Of a stretch of 64,000 nt of DNA, positions 55,513-64,000 are shown one piece after another. The first letter of the stretch is position 1. Each line of letters opens with the position of its first letter. The translations under genes and the position numbers were made by a program. Source of the stretch: Myxococcota bacterium. GTDB lineage: Bacteria > Myxococcota_A > UBA796 > SXON01. The notes beneath the pieces are model-generated. The model made no database searches, was not told where the DNA came from, and worked only from the letters and a program-made list of their open reading frames with translations. The stretch spans positions 297,114 to 361,113 of the forward strand of contig JAZKFH010000015.1 in NCBI GenBank assembly GCA_040386535.1. Reading direction: 5' to 3'.

Positions 55513-57824
55513 GTGGGGCTCCGGGCCGCGGTGTCGGCCGGCGGGGTGCGCCCCGCGAACCGTCGCGAGAGCGTGCGCCAGGGGGCCGAGATCACCTCGG
55601 CGAGCGAGGAGAAGGGGCGATCGGGCGGAGAGGCGTGGTAGATCCAGGTGTTCGCGCCGCTGAACATCTCCTCGATCACGCGGCGCAGCTGCGGGGAGGA
55701 GAGCGCCTCCCAGCGCGCCCGGAGCACCACGGCGCCATCCTCCGGGGTGGCCTCGAGCACCTCGGCGTCGAGCGCGAGCGGCCCGCCGTGGTGGGAGTCG
55801 AGCGTGACGATGACGCGGTGTGGAAGCGGCCCCGTGACGGTGCCGCCGGGCGCATCCGGCGTGAGGCGCAGGCGGATGCCCTCCTCGGAGAAGTCGAGGA
55901 CGCGGCCGTGCCAGGCGTGCGCGGAGCGGCGGGCGTGCCGGCGGAACCGCGCGGTGTGGCCCGGCCCGGCGGCGACGCGGCCGACGCGGATGCCGTAGCG
56001 CCGGCCTTCGCGGACCACCGGGGAGCGGGGCGGACGGGCGTTGCGGACCGCCCGGAGCGTCGCCGGGCCGGCCTCGTCCCGCGCGCGGACGTCGAGCCGG
56101 AGGTCACCACGGACGCGGTAGAGCTGGCGGCGCTGGGTGCGATCGAGGGCCACCGCGAGCGCGGCGCCGAGGATCACGAGGTTGTAGAGGTTCCAGAAGC
56201 CGGCGAGCGCGAGCGTGCCGCGCTCGAGCGGCTCGGCCATGAAGCGGATCGGCATCGCGATGCCCGCGGCGAGGACCAGGAGGGCCACCACGAGGTTGGG
56301 AGCGGCGTGCTGCCAGTCGAAGCTCGCCGCGTCGAGCTGGGTGCCCTTGGCGGTCACGGCGAAGCGGGCGTGCCGCGGGGACAGCACCGTGAGCACCGTG
56401 ATGAGCGCGATGTAGGGGGCGATCGCGGTCTCGAACACCTCGGCCCAGAAGCTGTGGCGCGCGGTGTGGGCGATGGTGGATCCGCCCACGATCGAGAGGA
56501 ACACGTGGGGGAGCGCGTAGGCGGCGATGGCGGCCGCCGAGGCGTCCAACGGGTGGACCCCGAACAGCAGGTACATCGGCGGCGCCAGCAGGTACACCAT
56601 GCGTGGCAACCCGAAGAGGAAGTGACACGCCGCGTTGAAGTAGTTGACACGTTGGGCGAACGTGAGCCCACGCTTGAGAAGTGGATTGTCGAGGCGAAGG
56701 ATCTGGATCATCCCGCGCGCCCAACGGACACGTTGGGTGACGTAGAAGCCGTACCGTTCGGTCGCGAGGCCCGCGGCTTGTGGCACGGCGAGGTAGGCCG
56801 ACTCCCAACCCAGGGCGTGCATCTTGAGCGCGGTGTGGGCGTCTTCCGTCACCGTCTCTTGCGCGATTCCGCCCACCGACTCGAGCGCCGTGCGCCGGAG
56901 GAGCGCGCAAGAACCACAGAAGAACGAGGAGTTCCAGAAGTCGTTCCCCACCTGGATGACGTGGTAGAACATGACCTGCTCGGCCGGGACGGTGTCCTCG
57001 AGGTACAGGTTCCGCTCGAACGGGTCGGGGTTGTAGAAGTGGTGCGGGGTCTGCACCAGCGCCATCTTCGGATTGTCGAGGAAGTACCCGACCGTCATGC
57101 GGAGAAAGCTGCGCACCGGAACCTGGTCGGCGTCGAAGACCGCGACCAACTCCCCGGTGGTCCGCGCGAGGGCGTGGTTGATGTTCCCCGCCTTGGCGCC
57201 CCGGTTGTCGGGACGTGTCATGTAGGAGACACCCAGCTCGTCGCACAACGCCTTCATCTCGGGGCGCCGCTTCTCGTCGAGCAGCCAGACCGTCTTGTTC
57301 GGATAGTCCATGGCCGCCGCGCCGGTGAGCGTGCGCCGCACCACGTCGAGGCCCTCGTTGTAGGAGGGCACGAACACGTCGATCGAGGGCAGCGCGCGGC
57401 CCTCGAGCTTGCCGTCGAGGCGCTCGTCCAAGCGGATCGGGGTCGGCGCGCGGGGGCGGGTGAACGCGGTCTGGAAGTACCCGGCCAGCAGCAGCAGGAA
57501 GCCGAACAGCTCGGCGCCGTAGAGCGCGAACGAGGTCGCTCCGTCCACCGAGAGGTGCCAGATCAGCGTCTCCGTGCCGCGCCACCAGATGTACCGGGCC
57601 GACAACGCCACGGAGAGCAGCCCGACCATGAGGCGGAGCGCGGGCGCGTGCCGCGCGATGGCGACGCCGACCGCCATGAACACCAGCGCGATGGCGAGGT
57701 GGTGCTGGAGCGGGAGCTCGATGACGGCGTAGGCGGCGAGCGGCACCACGGCGAGCGCGAGCAGCACGGCGGTGCGGTAGGGGGCGTTGACCTGGCGGTC
57801 GAGGAACGCGCGGAGGGCCCTCAT
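55509..57824 (-). CDS. bcsA: Cellulose synthase catalytic subunit (GT2 + PilZ)
   Basis: PSYNE, AKAGNIN, FDAD, QTPH, FFCGS, TED, QRVRW; PilZ RQLYR...DFSEEG. Confidence 0.93.
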   Translation of the reverse strand: MRALRAFLDRQVNAPYRTAVLLALAVVPLAAYAVIELPLQHHLAIALVFMAVGVAIARHAPALRLMVGLLSVALSARYIWWRGTETLIWHLSVDGATSFALYGAELFGFLLLLAGYFQTAFTRPRAPTPIRLDERLDGKLEGRALPSIDVFVPSYNEGLDVVRRTLTGAAAMDYPNKTVWLLDEKRRPEMKALCDELGVSYMTRPDNRGAKAGNINHALARTTGELVAVFDADQVPVRSFLRMTVGYFLDNPKMALVQTPHHFYNPDPFERNLYLEDTVPAEQVMFYHVIQVGNDFWNSSFFCGSCALLRRTALESVGGIAQETVTEDAHTALKMHALGWESAYLAVPQAAGLATERYGFYVTQRVRWARGMIQILRLDNPLLKRGLTFAQRVNYFNAACHFLFGLPRMVYLLAPPMYLLFGVHPLDASAAAIAAYALPHVFLSIVGGSTIAHTARHSFWAEVFETAIAPYIALITVLTVLSPRHARFAVTAKGTQLDAASFDWQHAAPNLVVALLVLAAGIAMPIRFMAEPLERGTLALAGFWNLYNLVILGAALAVALDRTQRRQLYRVRGDLRLDVRARDEAGPATLRAVRNARPPRSPVVREGRRYGIRVGRVAAGPGHTARFRRHARRSAHAWHGRVLDFSEEGIRLRLTPDAPGGTVTGPLPHRVIVTLDSHHGGPLALDAEVLEATPEDGAVVLRARWEALSSPQLRRVIEEMFSGANTWIYHASPPDRPFSSLAEVISAPWRTLSRRFAGRTPPADTAARSPT

Positions 57825-58681
57825 CGAGCGTCCAGCTCGGCGGCGAGCGCGGCGAAGCTTGCGTCGGCCGCGGCACCCCCCGCGCCGGCCACGATGTCCC
57901 ACGGCGTCCGTACCCCCGCGAACCGCGGGATGGCCGTGTCGAGCAGGTCCGGCAGCGCGGCCAGCCGATCGACCGGCGGCGGCGCCCCGCTGTCGAACCC
58001 GGTCAGGACGTACCGGCACGGCTTCGCGAAGGCGGGCGGTGGCACGGAGTCACGCCCCAGGCTCCCCGCGGCGACGACGACCAGGATCTCGTCCACGAGG
58101 GCCAGCGCGGCCTCCCACAACGCGGCGGGCGCGTTCGGGACATCGACGAGCACGCGATCGTAGCGGGCGAGCCGGTCTCCCAGCGCCGCGGCGAGGGCGG
58201 CGGGGCGCCCGCGGAGGCGCGCGGGGAGCGCGTCGGCATCCCAGGCGTGCATGCTGCCCGAGGACACGAGGTCCACCCCCGGCAGCACCGTCCGCGACGG
58301 CTCCACGAGGCTGCTGTCCGTGACCGCGTGCAGCAGCAGCTGCCCCGTGTTCACGGTGATCGCCGAGCCGAGGAGGAGCTGGCGCCCGAGGTCCTCCGAC
58401 GGGTCGAGGTCGACCAGCAGGACGCTGCGCCCCGCGCGGGACCACGCGTGGGCCAGCCCCGTCACGATCGTGGTGCGCCCGGCGCGGGGGGTGCCGGCCG
58501 CGACGGCGAGCACGAGCGGCTTCACTCCGGGCGTGCGCCGCGGATCCGGGGCCTCCGAGCGTGCCGCGGCGGGGCGGACACCGGCGACCGCTTCGCTCGG
58601 GACGAAGCCGTAGGCCACCATGAGCTCGAGCAGATCCCGTTCCACGGACAAGGGCGCGGCGCCCGTGTCTCTTGCGGCCAT
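57821..58681 (-). CDS. bcsQ: BcsQ/ParA-MinD-like protein with degenerate Walker A
   Basis: VAAGTPRAGRTTIVTGLA, VLLVDLDP, YDRVLVD.P; ATGA overlap with bcsA. Confidence 0.7.
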   Translation of the reverse strand: MAARDTGAAPLSVERDLLELMVAYGFVPSEAVAGVRPAAARSEAPDPRRTPGVKPLVLAVAAGTPRAGRTTIVTGLAHAWSRAGRSVLLVDLDPSEDLGRQLLLGSAITVNTGQLLLHAVTDSSLVEPSRTVLPGVDLVSSGSMHAWDADALPARLRGRPAALAAALGDRLARYDRVLVDVPNAPAALWEAALALVDEILVVVAAGSLGRDSVPPPAFAKPCRYVLTGFDSGAPPPVDRLAALPDLLDTAIPRFAGVRTPWDIVAGAGGAAADASFAALAAELDAR

Positions 58682-58975
58682 GTCTCTGTCCCCCCATCCC
58701 TGTCCGCATCGGTCTGCGGACGTAAAAACGAAGCCTGAAGCTCGGGGATCCTGCTCACCCCGGGGGTAGGGTCAATGCCTGCGGAGGGGACGCGCGCGGC
58801 CTGGCCCGGCCATGCGCACGCCCGGCGATCGCGGCAATCGTCGCCGATCTTCTACCGGTCGTACGCCACCGCGGCGCACAGACTCATGTCATCCAGGCGG
58901 AGTGGCGTCCTCGCGGGCGGTCGCCGCACCCAACTCAACCGCGCCCGCCCCCCCGAGCCTGTCAACCAACCGATG

Positions 58976-59602
58976 TCAAACTCCCAACGTCTGCCGGATC
59001 CCGTCCACCAGCTCGCGGTAGCGCGCCCCGTCCTCGACGGCCTCGATGCTCAGCCGGTACAACAGGTGCCCCTTGCCGCGGGTGAGGCCGCTGACGCGGG
59101 CCCCGACCTCCATCGGCGCGCGGTCGGGCAGGCCGAGCCGGAGCCGGACGGAGCCGTGCTCCACGAAGATGAGGTTGAAGTCCAACGGCGCGGTGAGCGT
59201 GAGCTCGGCGGGCGAGAGGTCGACCACGCGGGCCGCGCCGTCGATCAACGAGACGGCGCGCCCGTTGTGGGGGAGCACCTCGAGGGTGATGGCGCCGCCT
59301 TGCCGGTCCGCGCGCCGCCACCCGTCCATGAAGCCGAGCAGGAGGCCCTGTTGGGAGCGATCGGGCACGGTCACGCCGCTGCGGAGCACCGAGGCCTCGA
59401 AGGTCCACGCCTGCCCGGACACGTTGAGCCAGCACCGGACGTCGGTGCCGTTGGGCAGCGGCTCCCCCGACACGGTGAGGACGAGCCCGCCCCGCTCCAC
59501 GCGGATCATGCGCCCGCGCCGCCAGCTCCCGTTGCGCGGGAGCACCTCGCAGGCAAGGCGTTGTTCGGCGGCGTCTTCGAGCACCCGGCGGGGATCGTCC
59601 AT
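58976..59602 (-). CDS. YcgR-like PilZ-domain protein
   Basis: N-terminal beta domain, then RRADR (RxxxR) and DLSPAE (degenerate DxSxxG); GGAGG RBS. Confidence 0.6.
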   Translation of the reverse strand: MDDPRRVLEDAAEQRLACEVLPRNGSWRRGRMIRVERGGLVLTVSGEPLPNGTDVRCWLNVSGQAWTFEASVLRSGVTVPDRSQQGLLLGFMDGWRRADRQGGAITLEVLPHNGRAVSLIDGAARVVDLSPAELTLTAPLDFNLIFVEHGSVRLRLGLPDRAPMEVGARVSGLTRGKGHLLYRLSIEAVEDGARYRELVDGIRQTLGV

Positions 59603-59644
59603 CCCCACCTCCTACCCCGGCGAACGGGGATACATCACCGCCTC

Positions 59645-60508
59645 ATGCGTGTCGCCCACATCACCGATCTGCACGTCGAGGCGCCCCCGCAGTTCGCCCA
59701 GCTGTTCTCGAAGCGGGCGCTCGGCGCGGTCAACCTCTACCTGCTCGGCCGCTCGGCCCACTTCACCGTCCGCACCGTCGAGGCCCTGGTCGACGCCGTG
59801 GCGCGCTCCGAGCCCGACCTTGTCGTGTGCACCGGGGACATCACGTCGACCGCCATGCCCCAGGAGTTCGAGCGCGCCGCCGCGCTGCTCGCCCCGCTGA
59901 CCGACCGCTTCCCGTTCCTCGTGTTGCCCGGCAATCACGACGTGTACACGGGCGAGAGCCTCGGGCGCTTCCAGAAACACTTCGGCGTGTGGTCGAACGG
60001 CGGCGTGTACCCCTACGTGGCGCACCACGGCGGTGTCGACTTCGTGGCGCTCGACGTGTCGCGGCCCGACTACCTCTCCCGCGGCATGACGCCCCACGTG
60101 CAGCTCGAGGCGCTCGACCTGCTGCTCGGCAGCGGCGAGGCGCCCGCCATCGTCCTGTTGCACTACCCCATCCGTGACCGCCGCGGCGGCCTCTACGGCC
60201 CCTACTCGCGCAGCCTGAAGAACTCGCGCGAGCTCGAGGCCATCCTGGCGCGCCACCCGCGCGTCATCGCCGTCCTGCACGGCCACGAGCACCACGGCTA
60301 CCGTACGCTCATCCCGCGCGAGGGCGCCCCGCTCCACTCGCTCAACCCCGGCGCGGGCGGCTACGCGTTCCTGCCCGCGCGGCGCCGCACCGCGCACTTC
60401 AACCTCTACGACATCGCCGCCACCGGCGCCCTCGACGTGGAGCGCTTCGCGTTCGACGGCGCGGCGTTCCAGCCGGAGGTGGGCGGGGCGTACGCGAGCG
60501 GGGTTTAG
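59645..60508 (+). CDS. Calcineurin-like metallophosphoesterase (Icc/CpdA-like)
   Basis: HITDLH, TGD, PGNHD, LHYP, HGHEH. Confidence 0.88.
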   Translation: MRVAHITDLHVEAPPQFAQLFSKRALGAVNLYLLGRSAHFTVRTVEALVDAVARSEPDLVVCTGDITSTAMPQEFERAAALLAPLTDRFPFLVLPGNHDVYTGESLGRFQKHFGVWSNGGVYPYVAHHGGVDFVALDVSRPDYLSRGMTPHVQLEALDLLLGSGEAPAIVLLHYPIRDRRGGLYGPYSRSLKNSRELEAILARHPRVIAVLHGHEHHGYRTLIPREGAPLHSLNPGAGGYAFLPARRRTAHFNLYDIAATGALDVERFAFDGAAFQPEVGGAYASGV

Positions 60509-60652
60509 GAGCGTTCGGGAGAGGGCCGGGGCCCGCGCCGCGCGAGGCGCGCGCCGCCGCGTGTCTTCCGGGCGCGCGCTCCGCGCTTGGTCGTCGCCGA
60601 GCCGACGACGCGCCGAGGCGGCGCCCCTCCAGCCCCGCTGGGCCGGGGGGGT

Positions 60653-61212
60653 GGTCGGCTTCGGCCTGTCGGCTGGCGTTCGGAGCCCCGAGCTCGGGGA
60701 ATTGCGGCGCATCGGTGGGTTCGGCGCGTTCAGTGCGCCGAACGTGGGGGATGCGGGCGCCACGCCTGTGCACGTCGCTCAGGCGCCCGTGCGTCGCCGC
60801 AGGCCGTCGCTCCCGAGAACTCTGCAGCCCACGGCCGACTCCCCCAATCACGGCGGCCGCGCGGGAGCCCAACCGCAGGGTCATGTACCCATGACTGCAC
60901 GCGGCACGGAGTCATGCCGGGTTGAATGCTCGGATCCAGGCTGCAAGCGCTCCCCACTGCGCAAAAAACGCCGCTTGCCCCGTAGAGGGCGCGCGGAGCG
61001 AGCCTCGAATTGGGCGTTCATGGGGGCATGACTCCGATTTAGCGGCGTTGGAGGGGGCATGACCTCGCACCTCGACGCCCTCGTACTCGAGGGCCGAGCG
61101 AAGCGCATAGGGATGTTGGGCGCATCGGTGGCGTTCGGCGCGTTCCGCGCGCCGAGCGCGGGGGATGTGGGCGCATCGGTGGAGTTCGGCGTATTCGGCG
61201 CGCCGAACTCGC
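60653..61212. repeat. Intergenic REP-like units flanking a long imperfect palindrome
   Basis: GCGCATCGGTGG..TTCGGCG...GCGCCGA units at about 60707, 61120 and 61170; palindrome 60880-61063. Confidence 0.7.
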
Positions 61213-61441
61213 AGTTTCGAGCGTCCGCGTACCTGGCGGGAGGCAGCGCGGCCGCTGGGGCGTGAGGTGCGCGGAGGGCGCCGCCTCGGGCGGCGGTCCG
61301 GGCGGTCGGCTCTGCGACCGTCCGACCGAGCCCGAAGGGCGCTGCCGAAGGCGCGCGAAAGCCTCCTTCGGCCCGTGGCCGGAGGAGGACCGTGCGGCCG
61401 GTAGCGGACCGACCCCGCCGTCTTCATCGCCGGCACGCACA

Positions 61442-61489
61442 ACTGCGTGGCGACGATCAGAAGACACTGCGTGGCGACGATCAGAAGAC
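61442..61489. repeat. Perfect 24-bp tandem duplication at the 3' end of the M24 gene
   Basis: ACTGCGTGGCGACGATCAGAAGAC at 61442-61465 and 61466-61489. Confidence 0.95.
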
Positions 61490-62212
61490 GCCGATCTCCG
61501 CCTCGTCCGAGCGGCCGAGCACCTTGCGCTGCTCGTCCTGGATCCAGATGACCTCTTCGAACGCCGCGGACAGCTCGCCGTGCTTGACCGCCGGGCGGAT
61601 GGCGAACATGCCCTTCATGCGGACGGGCTGGAGCATCGAGATGCGGTTCTTCGGCAGGTACGTGGCGGCGTGTGCGCTGCGGGGGAAGCCGGTCGCGAGG
61701 AGGCCCTCCTTCGGCAGGACGCGGTGGCCGACGGCGCCTTCGCTCACGAGCGTCATGCGGTTGTTGACCGCCCAGGCGCGCGCGAACACGAAGATCTCGC
61801 CGACGGTCTTCCAGCGGCTCGCGTAGCCGCAGCAGGCGCGGACGTTGTCGCGCGCGACCTTGACGACCTTGGGCTCGTCACCGCCGAAGCAGAGCGTGAA
61901 CCCGATGTCGCCGTACGCGTCGGCCGTGGCGGGGCCGATGTCGATGCCGATGAGGCCGCCGGGCTCGAGCACCCGGCGCGTCGACGGGCGGTAGAGCAGG
62001 CTGCCGCCGCCCGCATCGGGGCCGATGCGCACCTCGGGGAGGTGGTACCAGCGGTCGAAACCGTGAGGTTCGAGGCGGGTCTCGGCGAGCTCGACCACGT
62101 CGCGCTCGGACATGCCGGCCTCGAGGCGCCCGCGGACGTCCTTGAGCATGGCGATGGCGCGGCGCTGGGCGTCGTCGAAGGCACGGATGGGTTCGGGGAG
62201 CTCTGTAGTCAC
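61481..62212 (-). CDS. M24 (pita-bread fold) metallopeptidase-like protein
   Basis: GMSERDV, LEPGGLIGIDIGP..YGDIGFT, VGHRV, GMFAIRP, AFEEV; GTG start 62212. Confidence 0.75.
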   Translation of the reverse strand: MTTELPEPIRAFDDAQRRAIAMLKDVRGRLEAGMSERDVVELAETRLEPHGFDRWYHLPEVRIGPDAGGGSLLYRPSTRRVLEPGGLIGIDIGPATADAYGDIGFTLCFGGDEPKVVKVARDNVRACCGYASRWKTVGEIFVFARAWAVNNRMTLVSEGAVGHRVLPKEGLLATGFPRSAHAATYLPKNRISMLQPVRMKGMFAIRPAVKHGELSAAFEEVIWIQDEQRKVLGRSDEAEIGVF

Positions 62213-62213
62213 G

Positions 62214-62457
62214 GCGCCGAAGCTACCACGAACGCTCCGGTTCGTCCGCAGTGCTGGGCGGCGCAACGGGCCGGCGCCGAGAACCGCGGCCGGGGCCCCC
62301 GGCTGTTCCCTCCCAGAGGGGGCCCCACCGCCGGACCCTGCCGCACGGCGCCGACCCGCCGCGCCGCGCGTGGCGCCGGTGGCGGACGAGGGAGCGTTCG
62401 GGGCAGCTTTGACGCACAACGGGGCGGCGCAACGGGTCGGCGCCGAGAACCGCGGCC
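62214..62457. repeat. Composite intergenic direct/inverted repeat element
   Basis: 36-bp direct repeat 62256-62291 / 62422-62457 (1 mismatch); imperfect inverted repeat 62214-62249 / 62382-62415. Confidence 0.8.
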
Positions 62458-62490
62458 CCCCAAGGGGCCACACCGCGATACGCCTCGACC

Positions 62491-62853
62491 GTGCGCGCTC
62501 TCTCCTTCCGGCACCTCCTCGCGCTCTACCAGGCTGGGGAACGCGACTTCGCCGGGAGCGACCTCGACGAGGATCCGGACCTGGACCTGTCCGGCTGCCA
62601 CCTCGACGCGGTAGACCTGTCACGCTCCTTCGTCGTCGCGAACTTCCACCGCGCCAGCCTCCGCGGCGCCCTCTTCCGGCACGCCAACGTGAAGACCTGC
62701 GACTTCACCGAGGCTGACCTGCGGGACGCAGACTTCACCGACGCCGCCATCGACGCGGCCGACTTTCGCGGTGCAAGGATGGAGGGCGTCCGCTTCGATG
62801 GTGCCTTCTTGTTCGGACACACCCTGGCGCCTGGCGAGACCCCGGATCACTAG
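62491..62853 (+). CDS. Pentapeptide repeat protein
   Basis: YQAGERDF start, then ANFHR ASLRG ALFRH...ADLRD ADFTD AAIDA ADFRG repeats. Confidence 0.88.
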   Translation: MRALSFRHLLALYQAGERDFAGSDLDEDPDLDLSGCHLDAVDLSRSFVVANFHRASLRGALFRHANVKTCDFTEADLRDADFTDAAIDAADFRGARMEGVRFDGAFLFGHTLAPGETPDH

Positions 62854-63114
62854 GCCCTGCCGACCGAGCGCCCGCGCGACACGATTGGTGGGGCCCCGCA
62901 GGAGCACGTACGGCACGAGCGCGAGCACCGCGACCGTGAACGCGAGCTCCACCACGTAGACGCCTCGATGCACCATGATCTGGTAGACGACGTCGAGCGC
63001 GGTCGCGAGGCACAGCGGCACCCGCAGGTCCTTCAGGGCTTCGCTCAGGGGGCCCGTGGGACGGCCCAGGAAGCCTTCCCACCCGCGGAGGATCGTCTCG
63101 ATGAGCGCGTCCAT
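62853..63114 (-). pseudogene. Remnant of a conserved small membrane protein (possible internal deletion; frame runs into the pentapeptide gene)
   Basis: MDALIETILRGWEGFLGRPTGPL joined directly to SEALKD...LDVVYQ...VPYVLLRGPTNRVAR; no stop until 62620. Confidence 0.45.
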
Positions 63115-63214
63115 CGTCCCTCGATAGGGCCGCCGTGCGTCCGCGGGCGGACGCGACCAACCTTGACGTGATCGGCGTCCAGGGGAACGAGGTTTGAGAC
63201 CGAGGAAACTCGCG

Positions 63215-63748
63215 ATGGAGATCAAGCCCCGAGCTGTTGCGCTTCCCAAGTCTACCGAGCACCTGGAGAAGGGACGGTATGGTCCCATCTTCCCGAAGAC
63301 CCCCGCGTGCCACGGATTCACCATCCTCGCCAACGTCAAGGCGGGCCACGCGGACGCGATCCGCGCCTACGGCGTGCGCCTCGCGACGGCGGTCGAGGCG
63401 GATCCGGACGTGTTGGCACCTCTCAAGCTGCACTACCTCCGCTGGGTGCTCTTCGACGACGACACCCGGTTCATGTACCAGGGCATCTTCGACACCGACT
63501 TCGACAAGTACACCGAGGACGCGGTCCTGCTCTTTCGGAAGACGGGCATCGACACGGCGTTCGAGCACCTCGAGGGGTTCCCGACCGATTGGAAGACCAA
63601 CACAGCCGCGTTCGTCCAGTTCATCCGAGAGCACCAGTGCAACAGCTTTCTCGAGTACGGCGAATACCCCTTCGTCTCGAGTGATGAGATCAAGAAGGCC
63701 CTGAAGATCAAGGCCGCGCTCATCGAGCTGCTCGAACAGCTCCAGTAG
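63215..63748 (+). CDS. Conserved hypothetical protein (family recalled near Dyp-type peroxidase loci)
   Basis: GAGGA RBS; LHYLRWVLFD, YQGIFDTDFDKYTED, LEGFP, YGEYP. Confidence 0.75.
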   Translation: MEIKPRAVALPKSTEHLEKGRYGPIFPKTPACHGFTILANVKAGHADAIRAYGVRLATAVEADPDVLAPLKLHYLRWVLFDDDTRFMYQGIFDTDFDKYTEDAVLLFRKTGIDTAFEHLEGFPTDWKTNTAAFVQFIREHQCNSFLEYGEYPFVSSDEIKKALKIKAALIELLEQLQ

Positions 63749-63757
63749 GAGGCCCGG

Positions 63758-64000
63758 ATGCCGGCGGTCCCCGCTCGCACATACAATCAGAACCACACGG
63801 CGCGTCCGTACGTTCGCGGCCGCCGGAGGGTCAGCGTGTACATCGCGTGGAGCTACCCCGGCGAAGCGAACCGCGACGTGACGGTGATGGACAACCGCTT
63901 CTCGACGATGACGGAGGTGCGCCGCGTACTCTGGCCTGGCTATGAGTGTCCCATCCCACGAATTCCACCCACCCCACCACCCCCTCGTCCCACATCCAGC
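63758..64000 (+). CDS. Conserved hypothetical protein, N-terminal part (runs off window, possibly interrupted)
   Basis: GGAGG RBS; MPAVPARTYNQNH...WSYPGEANRD...DNRFSTMTEVRRVLWPGYE, then a Pro-rich atypical tail. Confidence 0.6.
   Translation, partial: MPAVPARTYNQNHTARPYVRGRRRVSVYIAWSYPGEANRDVTVMDNRFSTMTEVRRVLWPGYECPIPRIPPTPPPPRPTSS

Noticed and set aside
58682..58975. c-di-GMP riboswitch upstream of bcsQ
   Set aside because: No recognisable GEMM consensus; only one short hairpin and a weak TTGACC promoter candidate.
60561..61467. Short ORFs in the 60.5-61.5 kb gap
   Set aside because: They translate the repeat units, overlap in several frames and lack recognisable domains or typical codon bias.
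62491..62853. Pentapeptide protein as gyrase-protection partner of the GyrB fusion
   Set aside because: It is 36 kb away, short, and of a common generic type; no evidence of linkage.

Overview
Very GC-rich bacterial window. Many Ser/Thr kinases, FHA proteins, Asp/Thr-repeat lipoproteins and a MopE-type motif suggest a Myxococcota-like deltaproteobacterium (inference, not a taxonomic search). In order, it holds: an HflK-HflC-HflK SPFH operon end; a signalling island in which a lipoxygenase is flanked by two paralogous FHA/wHTH-like genes, a kinase-STAND ATPase and a kinase/pseudokinase-PEGA-FGE pair; Thr-type sulfatase-like enzymes and a B12 radical SAM gene; surface lipoproteins; a decayed nucleotidyltransferase toxin-antitoxin locus; an operon of a degenerate rubrerythrin, a GyrB-ATPase/SAM-methyltransferase fusion and a sulfatase-like enzyme; an asparaginase; an amidinotransferase/sulfotransferase/Fe-S/SGNH/DUF5989/CRTAC1 cluster; a cellulose synthase operon (bcsQ-A-x-B-Z-C) with an extra Zn-ribbon gene; and several non-coding palindromic repeat elements. 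No tRNA, rRNA, CRISPR array or intact transposase was recognised. Best novelty candidates are the GyrB43-methyltransferase operon and the lipoxygenase phospho-signalling island. All calls come from motifs read by eye; many starts were trimmed from the ORF track to plausible downstream codons.
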